This document shows positions 32,152 to 41,992 of a stretch of DNA of 64,000 nt, piece after piece. The stretch is from an uncultured Acidobacteriota bacterium (GTDB taxonomy: Bacteria; Acidobacteriota; UBA6911). How positions within the stretch are numbered: the stretch's first letter is position 1; each line of letters begins with the position of its first letter. The stretch is taken from positions 32,001 to 96,000 of the forward strand of contig CAWHCF010000001.1 of NCBI GenBank assembly GCA_963827655.1. Direction: 5' to 3'. Both the position numbers and the translations under genes were made by a program. A model generated the notes under the pieces. That model was not told the origin of the DNA. It saw only the letters and a list, made by a program, of their open reading frames with translations, and searched no databases.

Positions 32152-32538
32152 CTACCAGATTCGCGGCACCTGGTATCGGTCGAAGATCGGATCGGCGCTG
32201 ATGAGGGTGAGACGTTCTTCGGCCACTTGACACACGAGAAGGCGATCGAACGGGTCTCGATGATGAAATGGGAGGCTGGCAGTCCTGGCAACATGGCGAA
32301 ATGTAACGTCGAGCTGTTCAATGTCGTTCGCCTGCATTACTGTCGGGATGAAGGACTCTATCGGATCTGCGATCTTGAGCTTGCCGATGCTGCACTTGAT
32401 CGCGATCTCCCAGATGCTGGCTAGGCTGAGAAAGAGGCTATTCTCGGGATCAATGACCAGCTGCTTTGCCTTGGAACTGAATCCGGGCGCACCGCACACC
32501 ATCCACAAGAACGCCTGTGTATCCAGGAGAATCCTCAC
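32152..32538 (-). CDS. vapC: PIN-domain VapC toxin
   Basis: LLDTQAFLW, SIWEIAIK, HRDPFDR and SAD motifs. Confidence 0.92.
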   Translation of the reverse strand: MRILLDTQAFLWMVCGAPGFSSKAKQLVIDPENSLFLSLASIWEIAIKCSIGKLKIADPIESFIPTVMQANDIEQLDVTFRHVARTASLPFHHRDPFDRLLVCQVAEERLTLISADPIFDRYQVPRIW

Positions 32539-32765
32539 GGCATGTAATCTTTGAAATCTTCGAGCGGAGCGTCGAAGTCCGGTGCGATGTAGAGGATCTT
32601 ATCCTTTGCTGAGCCAAGCTTTCGGCGCCGCTTGATCTGGCGAAATGGGACGAGTTTTGCCACAGGCTTGTTGTCGCGCGCTATGATCACTTCCTCGCCC
32701 AGCATTGCCTTCTGAACCAGCTCGGAAAGCCGGGCCTTCGCTTCGTGAATATTGAATTGTTTCAT
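32535..32765 (-). CDS. Phd/YefM family antitoxin
   Basis: NIHEAKARLSELV..GEEVII.R..KPVAKL; overlaps the toxin start by 4 nt. Confidence 0.92.
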   Translation of the reverse strand: MKQFNIHEAKARLSELVQKAMLGEEVIIARDNKPVAKLVPFRQIKRRRKLGSAKDKILYIAPDFDAPLEDFKDYMP

Positions 32766-32784
32766 CCTACGCCTCTCGATTCGA

Positions 32785-32809
32785 GCTTAGTCATTTTATC
32801 TGACCAAGC
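32785..32809 (-). promoter_or_regulatory. Likely TA operator overlapping the -10 box
   Basis: On the minus strand GCTTGGTCA-N7-TGACTAAGC forms a dyad over TAAAAT, with TTGGCT 17 nt upstream. Confidence 0.65.
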
Positions 32810-33030
32810 ACCGTCAGCCAAGTTTTTCCCTTCGCTCGTTGAGACGGCCTCTCGGATTTCGGCCGTCCGCCGCTCGGGTTTAGCCGGCACGGCGTTCCCC
32901 TTCTCACGACTGGATAGTCCGATAATGGAGCACCCGATCCCAACGAAAGCTCTTATCCGATCATGATCGCAGCGCATGAACAGGGAAGCTACGCGCGAGC
33001 CAGCAAGCACTCGCGCTCCGTTTTGTTCAG

Positions 33031-33180
33031 AAGGTTTCCAAGCGTACGTTGAAAGAAATGATTGAGGCAGACAAGACGGCCGCGAACCACGAGGCAATCG
33101 CCGATCATTACCACTCGGAGGCCGTTAAGGCTCGTGCCAAAGCCGGTGAGCCATGACCAAACGGCGCCAAATACGCAAAA
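33031..33180 (+). pseudogene. Remnant of a small His-rich helical protein
   Basis: KVSKRTLKEMIEADKTAANHEAIADHYHSEAVKARAKAGE, then broken. Resembles 'KTxADHxxIAxYYxxEA' helical proteins. Confidence 0.35.
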
Positions 33181-33296
33181 ACCCTTTGGGTTTCTGCGTT
33201 TCTCAGCGGTTCGGTTCGGACCTCCGGTATTGACCACGAAAGATGTAAGGACGATACGCTTCAGTTGCCGATGCCGTCGTGTTTGGTTGGGCAAGC

Positions 33297-34550
33297 CTAG
33301 AAGTAGGCGGGCGCGCCGGCGCGATCCATGACGGACCAGACCGTCTCAACCTTCTCACCGCGGAGGCCGTAAATCCGATCGTACAGATTCACATTGGGAT
33401 CACAGTGCGGGATGATAAGTTCCAGCCGATCCCCCAGCTTGACTTCCCGGCTGGGATTCTCCAGGAGCAGCCTGCCATGTTCGTCGCCGGCAAAGGAGTA
33501 CGTCACACCGGTGAGATCGCGCGGCTCCGGCCCGAACTTTCGATCGGTGGCGATCGCCTTGATTCCGCCATCCAGGACAGCCTTGTTACCGGATCTATGA
33601 ATGACCGTAGTGAGCACCGTGAGCGAAGGGGCAAAGTCTTCGTACACGTCGCCGCTCTGTCCGCCGATTCTCCGGTAGTCCACATCCATGAAGACGTAGG
33701 AGCCGACCTGCAACTCCGAAATCCCCTCAATCGAGGAATCGATGTTGTAAGTCCCTGTGCTTCCCCCCGAGAGAATCGCAAGTTCAAAACCGTTCTTGCG
33801 CAGAAGATCCCGGGTCTCGAGCGCTTTGCCCATCGCCTCTTTGGAGCTCGCTTTGCGCGCCTCGAAGCCGACCACATGCGAGGAGTGCCCGGCGTAAGCG
33901 GATATGCCTTTGAGCTGCAGGCTCTTGGCCTTCTGGATCTCCTGGGCCAGCTTCAAGGCCGGCTCACCCGGCTGGGTGCCGGTCCTATTGCTGCCTACAT
34001 CCAGGTCGAGCATCAGGTTGAGGCGCAGGCGCGCGGCTTCGGCCGCTTCCTGCAGTTCCTTGACGTTATCCGGATGATCCACGGCGACCATCATGTCCGG
34101 ACTATTCTTCGCGATCGCGATAAGGCGCTTGATCTTGGGCTTCCCTACCATCTCCGACGTAATCAGTATTCCGGGAATACCGGCCCGCGACATGACCTCC
34201 GCTTCGGCTATGGTCGCCGCGCAAATCCCGCGCGCGCCCGCCTTGATCTGGCGCTGCGCAATCTCGACACACTTGTGGGTCTTAGCGTGCGGCCTCAGAT
34301 CGATCGAATTACTCCGCGAATGTCCCGCCATCTTCTCGATGTTAGCCTCGAAGCGATTGAGATCCAGAAGCAAGCATGGAGTCGGCAGGTCAGACCGGGA
34401 CATGCCGGCCAACGAGTCCTTTTTCTGCATTTTCTTATCCATCTCCCTCCGGGTGTAGCTCTCGTGTTTGGCAAACAGGAGTGTTGGCGCGAGGTAAACG
34501 GGAGAGGTTGCCAAAATTGACGTCACGAATTTTCGTCGATTCGGTTTCAT
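33297..34550 (-). CDS. DSD1/D-threonine aldolase family PLP enzyme with Tat-like leader
   Basis: LPTPCL, LRPHAKTHK, YAGH, GGSTGT, ELQVGSYVFMD, DEHG and HCDPNVN motifs. Confidence 0.9.
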   Translation of the reverse strand: MKPNRRKFVTSILATSPVYLAPTLLFAKHESYTRREMDKKMQKKDSLAGMSRSDLPTPCLLLDLNRFEANIEKMAGHSRSNSIDLRPHAKTHKCVEIAQRQIKAGARGICAATIAEAEVMSRAGIPGILITSEMVGKPKIKRLIAIAKNSPDMMVAVDHPDNVKELQEAAEAARLRLNLMLDLDVGSNRTGTQPGEPALKLAQEIQKAKSLQLKGISAYAGHSSHVVGFEARKASSKEAMGKALETRDLLRKNGFELAILSGGSTGTYNIDSSIEGISELQVGSYVFMDVDYRRIGGQSGDVYEDFAPSLTVLTTVIHRSGNKAVLDGGIKAIATDRKFGPEPRDLTGVTYSFAGDEHGRLLLENPSREVKLGDRLELIIPHCDPNVNLYDRIYGLRGEKVETVWSVMDRAGAPAYF

Positions 34551-34677
34551 AGGTTCCCTCGTAAGTCTGCCGAGTTGGTTCAGCAGCGCGCTCGCATCGC
34601 TGATGAGAATTTATCCTTAAGTGAACGGAGAGCGCAATGAAATAAACGTGTCCTGGCGTCTTGCTTAGTGGCGGTTG

Positions 34678-35400
34678 TTACTTCTTCGGTTCGGACGGAC
34701 GGAGTTCAACCCGGCTCGGGAGAGCGCGTGGATCCATCTCCAGCAGGTCCACAACAACCTCGGCGACATCCTCGGGCCACAGCTTCCACGTGTTCGAGCG
34801 CTTGTGTTCCTTTTCCTGGCCGAAGTCGGTGTTCACCGAGCCCGGCATGACGTAACTGACCCGGATATGGTCGTGACGAACCTCCTGCATTAACGCCTCC
34901 GAAAAGCCGATCAGTCCGAATTTCGAAGCGTTGTAAGCCGCTCCCCCGGGAAAAGCATTTTTGCCGGCCAGGCTGCCGATATTGATGATGTAGCCTCCGC
35001 CGCGGCGCTTCATCAGTGGAAGGGCTTCGTGGCAGCAATAGAAAACCCCGGACAGATTCGTTTCGAGAGTCGCTTTCCATTCATCGACGGGCATTTTCTC
35101 GACGTAGCTGTAGGAGCCGACTCCTGCGTTATTGACCAGAATGTCGAGACCGTCCAATTTCTTGCCCGCTTCCTGGATCATTGCGCGCACCTGATCGAAG
35201 TCTCGGACATCGCACGCAGTTCCCGCAACTCGCTCGGTGCCCTTTGATCGGAGCGCCGCGACGGTACGGTCGACATCCTCCTTCTTCCGGGCGCAAAGAA
35301 AAAGGCTTGCGCCCCGGCTGGCGAGCGCATGCGCAATTGCCAGTCCAATACCGCGTGTGCCGCCGGTCACCAGCGCTGACTTTCCTGCGATTCTGCTCAT
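34678..35400 (-). CDS. SDR family oxidoreductase
   Basis: TGGTRGIG, NNAG and YNASK motifs. Confidence 0.92.
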   Translation of the reverse strand: MSRIAGKSALVTGGTRGIGLAIAHALASRGASLFLCARKKEDVDRTVAALRSKGTERVAGTACDVRDFDQVRAMIQEAGKKLDGLDILVNNAGVGSYSYVEKMPVDEWKATLETNLSGVFYCCHEALPLMKRRGGGYIINIGSLAGKNAFPGGAAYNASKFGLIGFSEALMQEVRHDHIRVSYVMPGSVNTDFGQEKEHKRSNTWKLWPEDVAEVVVDLLEMDPRALPSRVELRPSEPKK

Positions 35401-35453
35401 GAAAGACCCTTCTTACCGCGAAGACTCCAAAGACGCCAAGAATTTCGTTTTTA

Positions 35454-35888
35454 TCATTCATCACGATCGGATTCGGCCAGTTGTACAATCGTGCCGTGCG
35501 CCCGCGTTGGAGAAATAAAAGCTTCCTTCCACGACGCATTGCTGTAGTTCTCCCCCACGATTCGATACCCGGCCGCCTTGAGCTTTTGCACCAGCGCCTC
35601 GATGCGCACCACCTTGAAGGTCAAATGATGGACTCCTTCCCCTCTCTCACGTAGAAACTTGGCCACGAAGCCGTCGTCGTTCAGCGGCTCCAACAGCTCA
35701 ATTTTCCCTCCGTTCGGATAACGGTACTGCTCGAAACGAAAGCCTTCCTTGCGCTGGTCGTGTCCGAAAAGAAATTCGCCGCCTAGAACATCGCCATACA
35801 ACTTCGAAGCTTCCCTGATGCTATGAACCGCGAGGGCAGTATGATCGAGTTTCAAGATATGTTCGCGGAACTCGGATAAGTCAGTCAT
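35454..35888 (-). CDS. VOC protein, methylmalonyl-CoA epimerase-like
   Basis: LDHTALAV, IELLEP, FLRERGEGVHHL and HGTIVQL motifs. Confidence 0.8.
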   Translation of the reverse strand: MTDLSEFREHILKLDHTALAVHSIREASKLYGDVLGGEFLFGHDQRKEGFRFEQYRYPNGGKIELLEPLNDDGFVAKFLRERGEGVHHLTFKVVRIEALVQKLKAAGYRIVGENYSNASWKEAFISPTRAHGTIVQLAESDRDE

Positions 35889-36152
35889 CCCACCTCCAGA
35901 ATCATGATGACGTCACCTTCTCTCACGCTCGCGCCTTCCGAGGCAAAAATCTTTCGCACCAGGCCTTTGACCGGCGACTCGATCGGCATTTCCATCTTCA
36001 TTGATTCCATGATAACCAGCGTGTCTTCTTCGACCACCGCCTGCCCTTCGGCCACCACGATTTTCCAGAGGTTACCGGTAATGTGCGCCCTGGATTTCAA
36101 TTGCGGATTTCGGATTGCGGATTTCGGATTTACCAACCTGTTCTTCAGTCAT
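35885..36152 (-). CDS. Stand-alone biotin carboxyl carrier protein
   Basis: ESMKME biotinylation motif. Starts either at TTG 36136 or at ATG 36152 with a 1-nt frameshift near 36092 (MTEEQVGKSEIRNPKSAIEI/RAHITGNLWK). Confidence 0.85.
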
Positions 36153-36239
36153 TAAAGCATCCAGCGGGTTTCCAACGGAACCCCCGCCCACACCTCTTTG
36201 TTTTTCAGTCCGCAATCCGCAATCTGCAATCTGCAATCG
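36101..36239. repeat. Inverted arrays of the heptamer AATCCGC/AATCCGA
   Basis: TTGCGGATTTCGGATTGCGGATTTCGGATT at 36101-36130 faces TCCGCAATCCGCAATCTGCAATCTGCAATC at 36209-36238. Confidence 0.8.
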
Positions 36240-36572
36240 TTAGATGTTCCACTCGTCCGGAACCTGGACGTTCATCCGCATCAGCGCCGCCGCATAAGTC
36301 TTCCCCTGCGGATCGATGCGCAAGGAGGCGGTCCCTCCTCCACCGAGCGCGCGCGTCAGCACAAAATTGAAAGCATGAATCTTCGGCAGATCGTAGCGCT
36401 TGACGGTCCCCTGGCAGAAGTCGCCGAAATGCGCCTTGACGCGCTCTTCCGTCACCTGCTCGGCGATCAGCGAGTAGTACTCGGGCCTGCGCGCAATGAT
36501 TCCGCAGTTCAGCGTATCGCCCTTGTCGCCGCTGCGGCCATGAGCAATCCGGGCCAGCGCAACTTCCTTCAC
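36240..36572 (-). CDS. AtuA C-terminal-like small protein
   Basis: IAHGRSGDKGD..N, FNFV...LGGGG..SLRIDPQGK motifs. Confidence 0.85.
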   Translation of the reverse strand: MKEVALARIAHGRSGDKGDTLNCGIIARRPEYYSLIAEQVTEERVKAHFGDFCQGTVKRYDLPKIHAFNFVLTRALGGGGTASLRIDPQGKTYAAALMRMNVQVPDEWNI

Positions 36573-37933
36573 TCAGCTCCCCCTCTCAAAGTGACGCACG
36601 GGCGAATGGCGGTCTTCGGAATAAGACTGGGCCAGTAAACAATCTGCTTGTGCGGCGTGGGGCGCCCCACCTCGAGTCCGCAAGACGTCGGAATACCGCA
36701 CAGGATGTGGGTGATCATTTCGCGGGAGATCTTCTCCGCGCTCTTGGGATCGTCCACGAGGAACGCCATCCGGAGATAGACTTCGTCCGGATCCTCGGCT
36801 CGACGGGACATATCTCCGTGGACTCCGTCGTAGCCGAAGATCGAAACCAGGTGGTCATGATATCGGATCCCGAGTTTTTCAAGCCTCTTCAAAACCAGAT
36901 CGGCGCTGGCGCGGGCCTTCGCCACACAATCCGGCCAGGTGTAGACCAGGCCGACGGAAATCTGGTAGCGGCCCTCGTAGCTCATCGAGACCTTGTAGGT
37001 GGAGGTTGGAGGATGACCACGCACACCGCGGACCCGCACCCGATTGCCTCCGAGATCCTCCATCTCGACCTGGGTAATATCGCTGATCACATCAGCCACG
37101 ATGTAAGCTGCCGGATCTCCGATTTCGTAGAGGAGTTGCTCCTTCAACACTGCCGGAGTTATCAGTCCTCCCTGGCCCGGATGGAGCGTGATGATCAGCG
37201 AGCCGTCTTCGCCAACCTCGCCGATGGGAAACCCGAGATTGGCAAGGTCGGGGACATCCTGCCAGCCCCCGTTGAAATTACCCCCTGAAGCCTGGCCGCC
37301 GCATTCGAGCAGGTGTCCGGCCATCGTCCCTTTAGCCAGGAGTTCGTACTGCGTCGGCTCCCAGCCGAACTCATGAATCATGGGACCGAGCGCGAGCGCC
37401 GCATCGTTCACGCGTCCGGTCACAACGATATCGGCCCCCCGGTCAAGCGCTTCGGCAATCGGAAAGGCGCCGAAGTACGCGTTGGCGGACAGAATCTGGC
37501 CCGGGATCTCCTTCTGGGACGCGCCGGTGTCGAAATGCCGCAGGTCGATTCCCATACGAGCGAGCGACTCGAGCTGAGGCATGAGATCGTCGCCGTAAAC
37601 CACCCCGACCTTCACTTCCGGAAAGCCGGCTTCGCGCGTCATCGCCACCAGGGCGTCGGCAAGACCGAGGGGGTTTAGACCGCCGGCATCTGCGATCAGC
37701 CGTACTCGATTCTGCCGCAAAAGTGGCAACGCCGTTTTTACCAGCGGCACGAAATCGTGGGCGTACCCCATGCTCGGATCTTTCAGGCGTTGCTTCTGCA
37801 AGATCGACATTGTGATTTCGGCCAGGTAATCCATGATGACGTAGTCGAGCGGTCCGCCCCGGAGGAGGTCCAGCAGGGCGTCGTTGCGATCGCCCCAGTA
37901 TCCGAGCCCGCCGCCAATTCGAATAGTCTTCAT
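36569..37933 (-). CDS. Acyclic terpene utilization AtuA family protein (DUF1446)
   Basis: GYWGD, DYLAEITM, SANAYFG, TGRVND, GHLLECGGQASGG and EQLLYEIGDP motifs. Confidence 0.9.
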   Translation of the reverse strand: MKTIRIGGGLGYWGDRNDALLDLLRGGPLDYVIMDYLAEITMSILQKQRLKDPSMGYAHDFVPLVKTALPLLRQNRVRLIADAGGLNPLGLADALVAMTREAGFPEVKVGVVYGDDLMPQLESLARMGIDLRHFDTGASQKEIPGQILSANAYFGAFPIAEALDRGADIVVTGRVNDAALALGPMIHEFGWEPTQYELLAKGTMAGHLLECGGQASGGNFNGGWQDVPDLANLGFPIGEVGEDGSLIITLHPGQGGLITPAVLKEQLLYEIGDPAAYIVADVISDITQVEMEDLGGNRVRVRGVRGHPPTSTYKVSMSYEGRYQISVGLVYTWPDCVAKARASADLVLKRLEKLGIRYHDHLVSIFGYDGVHGDMSRRAEDPDEVYLRMAFLVDDPKSAEKISREMITHILCGIPTSCGLEVGRPTPHKQIVYWPSLIPKTAIRPCVTLRGGAE

Positions 37934-37953
37934 TTCCGCTGCAACCTCGTGCA

Positions 37954-37997
37954 AATCGTCAATCGCGATCAATCGTCAATCGTCAATCGTCAATCGT
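37954..37997 (+). repeat. Heptamer array (AATCGTC)n
   Basis: Tandem AATCGTC units between the hydratase and AtuA genes. The same unit occurs at 41691-41717, 48355-48472, 58203-58358 and 62285-62440. Confidence 0.85.
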
Positions 37998-38000
37998 GAA

Positions 38001-38763
38001 TCATTCAATCCAGTGTGGCTTTCGCTTCTCGAGAAAGGCGCGAATGCCTTCCTTACTGTCTTCCGTCTTCATCAAGCGCGCCAGGGCCGATTCCAGGTAT
38101 TCGAGTGCGGACGGAAGCGGGAGATCTTCCACGGCAGCGATCGCCTCTTTTCCCAGCCGGAGAATGCAGCCGCTTTTCTCGGCAAGGCGTCGCACGAATG
38201 CATGCGGCCGCCCCGTCGAAGGTTTCGCGGGGATAGACCTGGTTGACGATTCCGCAATCGCGGGCGGCCTCGGCTGACATACGTTCCCCCAGGAAGATCA
38301 TTTCGGTAGCCTTCTTGCGCCCTACCACCCGGTAGAGCAGTGCCAGAACCATCATGGGAAACATTCCGACGTGAATCTCCGGCGTGGAAAAGTGAATGTC
38401 TTCGCAGGCAAGCGACAGGTCGCACGCGAGGAAGAGGCCGAGGCCGCCGGCCATAACGTGTCCTCGCGCCAGCGCTACGGTCGGTTTCGGGCATTGGTGG
38501 ATCTCGAGCAGAAGCTGGCGGAAATCGCTTCGTCCGAAGCGATCGCCTTCCCCGAGCGCGGCTTTCAGATCCGCGCCGGCGCAGAAGACCTGATCACCCT
38601 CGCCGGTCAGGGTAATGACCCGAATGTCGGACCTGTCAGCCGCATCGCGCAACGAACGCCGCAGTCCTGCGAGAACGGCGTTATTCAGGGCATTGCGCTG
38701 TTGGGGGCGGTTGATCGCTATGCGGGCGACACCTTGCTCGAATGACGTCAGGACTTCGCTCAT
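38001..38763 (-). CDS. Enoyl-CoA hydratase/isomerase; frameshift near 38200
   Basis: NRPQQRNAL, FCAGADL, AGGLGL..CD and PEI.VG motifs. The C-terminus EDSKEGIRAFLEKRKP lies in ORF 38001-38195. Confidence 0.88.
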
Positions 38764-38808
38764 GGCAGGGGTCTAACCACGAAGACGCAAAGAGACAAGC
38801 ACCGAGTT

Positions 38809-40365
38809 TCACACAGGGGTGACGGTATTCTTCCGCCATGGTCGTTCGACTTTCTTGTTTCTTGTGGCTTTAAGAGCCCGGATCAATAGCGGGCGCGTGT
38901 TGCGCGGGTCTATGATGTCGTCGACGCCGCCCCAGCCGGCAGTCTTGTAAATGTCAATCTCTGCGAGAATGTTGGCCCGCATCCGCTCGCGCACTTCGGG
39001 GGCCATCTTGTCGAGACCCCCCGTTTTGATCGCGTGGATCCCCACCATCCCGTCGGCCCCCATGACTGCGATCTCGGCGGTCGGCCACGCCACCAGGTAA
39101 TCCGGCTCATAGTGTTTGCCGCACATGACGTAGTACCCTGCCCCGTAAGACTTCCGCAGCACCACCGTGAGTTTAGGCACGCTGGCATTCGCGGTGGCAA
39201 AGAGCATTTTCGCTCCATGGCGGATGATTCCCTGCTGTTCGACCTTGGAACCAACCATGAAACCGGGAACATCGACCAGATAGAGCAGCGGGATATTAAA
39301 AGAGTCACACAGATTGATGAAGCGCGCCGCCTTGTCCGCGGCGTCCACGTCGAGAACTCCACCCAGATGCTTCGGGTTGTTGGCCACGATTCCGACGCTA
39401 TATCCGCCCATGCGGGCAAGGCAAGTGATGATGTTCTTTGCCCACTTCCGCTTGACGTCAAAATAGTCGCCATTGTCGGTGATCGCCCGGATCAAATTGT
39501 ACATGTCGTAGCTTCCACGCGGATTCTCGGGCAGAAGATCGAGAATCGACTCCTCCCGGCGGTCGTGCGGATCGTTGCACTCGATGACCGCAGGCCTCTC
39601 GTGGCAGTTGCTCGGGAAATAAGAAAGGTACTTCTTGACCGCATCAAGACAGTCGGCGTCGTTCTGGGCCAGGTAGTCTCCCATGCCGCTGACGCTGCAG
39701 TGCATTTCGGCGCCGCCCAGGCTTTCCTCGTCAATGACCTCTCCGACAGCCGCACGCACGAGGGCCGGACCCGCAAGCGCCATGGACGAAGTGCCCCTGA
39801 CCATGGGGACAAAGTCCGCAAGACCGGGAATGTAGCCGGTCCCGGCCGCACCGGGGCCGACCATCGCAGCCACCTGAGGCACGACGCCGCTCATGAACAC
39901 CTGGTCGCGAAAGAGATCTCCGGAGTCGGCGAACAGCGAGACGCCGTCCTGCATGCTGTCATCAGGATCAATCCGGGCGCCGGCAGAGTCGATGAGCCAG
40001 ACCACCGGGATGCGCTGCTTCAGAGCCAGGTCGCGCAGACGGCGGCATTTCGCGTCTCCCACCCGGCCGATGGAACCCCCTTTGACCGTGAAGTCGTACG
40101 ATATGACAGCGACGCCGCGGCCCGAAATCTCGCCCATTCCAATCACGACGCCGTCGGCGGGGACCAGGTCACGCTTCGGAGTCCCCATCTGAGTCGCATG
40201 CATGCCGTATTCGAGGAAGCTGCCGGGATCCAGCAGGTAATCGAGTCTTTCGCGGGCCGTCATCTTCCCGCGCTCCTTCTGCCTGGCAACCCGCTTCTCG
40301 CCTCCCATGCCCAGGACTTGAAGGCGGCGTTCCTCGAGTCGCCTTACTTCCTCACGCATGGTCAT
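38809..40365 (-). CDS. Acyl-CoA carboxylase carboxyltransferase subunit
   Basis: GKMTARER, DFTVKGGS, DSAGAR, LGGA.MH, VDVPGFMVG and RKSYGAG motifs. Confidence 0.92.
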   Translation of the reverse strand: MTMREEVRRLEERRLQVLGMGGEKRVARQKERGKMTARERLDYLLDPGSFLEYGMHATQMGTPKRDLVPADGVVIGMGEISGRGVAVISYDFTVKGGSIGRVGDAKCRRLRDLALKQRIPVVWLIDSAGARIDPDDSMQDGVSLFADSGDLFRDQVFMSGVVPQVAAMVGPGAAGTGYIPGLADFVPMVRGTSSMALAGPALVRAAVGEVIDEESLGGAEMHCSVSGMGDYLAQNDADCLDAVKKYLSYFPSNCHERPAVIECNDPHDRREESILDLLPENPRGSYDMYNLIRAITDNGDYFDVKRKWAKNIITCLARMGGYSVGIVANNPKHLGGVLDVDAADKAARFINLCDSFNIPLLYLVDVPGFMVGSKVEQQGIIRHGAKMLFATANASVPKLTVVLRKSYGAGYYVMCGKHYEPDYLVAWPTAEIAVMGADGMVGIHAIKTGGLDKMAPEVRERMRANILAEIDIYKTAGWGGVDDIIDPRNTRPLLIRALKATRNKKVERPWRKNTVTPV

Positions 40366-41522
40366 TGCTTCAATCCTTCCAGCTTCGCGACGATCTCTTT
40401 CATCACTTCATCCGAGCCGCCGCCGATAGTGAACAACCGATTGTCCCGATATGAGCGGGCGATGGGATACTCTTCCATATAGCCGTAGCCGCCATACATC
40501 TGCAGGCAGCTATCGACGACGAACTTGGATACCTGGCCGGCGAAGAGCTTGCACATCGAGATCTGCTTGGTTGCGTCTTCTCCGTTATTGAAGCGGTAGG
40601 CGCATTCGTAAACCATGGAACGGAGCGCAGTCATTTGAGTGAGCATATCGACAAAGCGATGCTGGTTTACTTGAAAGGAGGAAATCGGCCGGCCAAACAC
40701 ACGGCGCGTGCGAGTGTATTCCTTGGTTCGCTCGTAGGTCACAAACGTGGAGGCCATGGCAGAAACACACGCAATGAGTCGTTCGTCTTGAAATTGCTGC
40801 ATCTGGTAGATAAATCCCATGCCCTCCTCCCCGATGCGGTAGTCGAGCGGGATGCGCACGTCGTCGAGAATCAGTTCGGCGGTGTCGGAGCAATGATTCC
40901 CGAGCTTTTTCAGCTTTCTCCCCACCGAGAAGCCCGGCTGATCGGTGGGAACCACGAGCAGGCTGAAGCCATGATGCCCTTTCTCAGGATCTGTCTTGCA
41001 CAGCAGCGTGACGAAATTAGCCTGAGTGCCGTTCGTGATAAACATCTTGCGGCCGTTTACGAGATAGTGATCGCCGTTGCGCCGCGCCCGCGTCTGGATA
41101 CTTGCCACATCGGAACCGGCCCCGGGCTCGGTTACGGCTATCGAGCAGATGTAGTCCCCTTTGATCGCAGGCTCCAGGAATTTTCTTTTCAGCTCTTGCG
41201 AGCCGTAGCGGGCCAGCGCCGGAGTGGCCATGTCCGTCTGCACCGTGATCCCGACGCCGAAACCTCCAGCCGGAACGCGGGCGAGCTCTTCGGCCAGAAT
41301 CACGGTGTACCAGTAATCGGCATTCATCCCTCCGTATTCCTCGGGATAACGAAGGCCGAGGAAGCCCATCTCTCCCATGCGCTTCCATACCCAGCGGGGA
41401 ACAAGTTCATCTCTCTCCCAATCGTCAACGTGAGGTATCACCTCCTTGGCAAGAAACGAGCGCAGGGTCGCGCGAAACATGTCATGTTCTTCGGTGAAGG
41501 GAGAAAAAGGTGGAGCAACCAT
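40362..41522 (-). CDS. Acyl-CoA dehydrogenase
   Basis: AVTEPGAGSD, KMFITNG, DTAEL, QMYGGYGY and IGGGSDE motifs; GGAG RBS before ATG 41522. Confidence 0.93.
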   Translation of the reverse strand: MVAPPFSPFTEEHDMFRATLRSFLAKEVIPHVDDWERDELVPRWVWKRMGEMGFLGLRYPEEYGGMNADYWYTVILAEELARVPAGGFGVGITVQTDMATPALARYGSQELKRKFLEPAIKGDYICSIAVTEPGAGSDVASIQTRARRNGDHYLVNGRKMFITNGTQANFVTLLCKTDPEKGHHGFSLLVVPTDQPGFSVGRKLKKLGNHCSDTAELILDDVRIPLDYRIGEEGMGFIYQMQQFQDERLIACVSAMASTFVTYERTKEYTRTRRVFGRPISSFQVNQHRFVDMLTQMTALRSMVYECAYRFNNGEDATKQISMCKLFAGQVSKFVVDSCLQMYGGYGYMEEYPIARSYRDNRLFTIGGGSDEVMKEIVAKLEGLKQ

Positions 41523-41667
41523 CCCGAGTACTCCATATTCAAGGGATTCTGTTCGGTTCCGATTTCGAAAAAATATCATTTCGGGCACCAAACTTCACTG
41601 ACATTCTCACTCCCCGGCGCGAAGAATCGCGAATACCGGGCACGCCGACTAGCTTTCCCACTTTGGC

Positions 41668-41684
41668 GATGTATACTATACATC
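41668..41684 (+). promoter_or_regulatory. Likely TA operator and -10 box
   Basis: Perfect dyad GATGTATA-C-TATACATC containing TATACT, about 50 nt upstream of the antitoxin. Confidence 0.7.
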
Positions 41685-41731
41685 ACAACCCGATTGACCG
41701 TTGACGATTGACGATTTACCCTTGTAAGACC

Positions 41732-41992
41732 ATGAAACGGACTCAGCTTTATCTTGATGAAGAGATGGCAAGAACCCTGGCCAGGTTGAGCCGCCAGAAA
41801 GGCACGACAATTTCTGAACTCGTGCGTGAAAGCGTGCACGAAAAGTACATGACTGTGAGGGCGGACGGAAAGGCGGCTCTGGCACGGCAACTCAGCGGCA
41901 TCTGGGCCAAGAGGAGAGACCTGGCAAAAATCGATCAAGTCATTCGCACACTGCGAAAAGGGGCGCGCCTCAAGAGGTTCGGGCTTGACTGA
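41732..41992 (+). CDS. CopG/ribbon-helix-helix antitoxin
   Basis: MKRTQLYLDE...TISELVRE; overlaps the downstream PIN gene. Confidence 0.85.
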   Translation: MKRTQLYLDEEMARTLARLSRQKGTTISELVRESVHEKYMTVRADGKAALARQLSGIWAKRRDLAKIDQVIRTLRKGARLKRFGLD

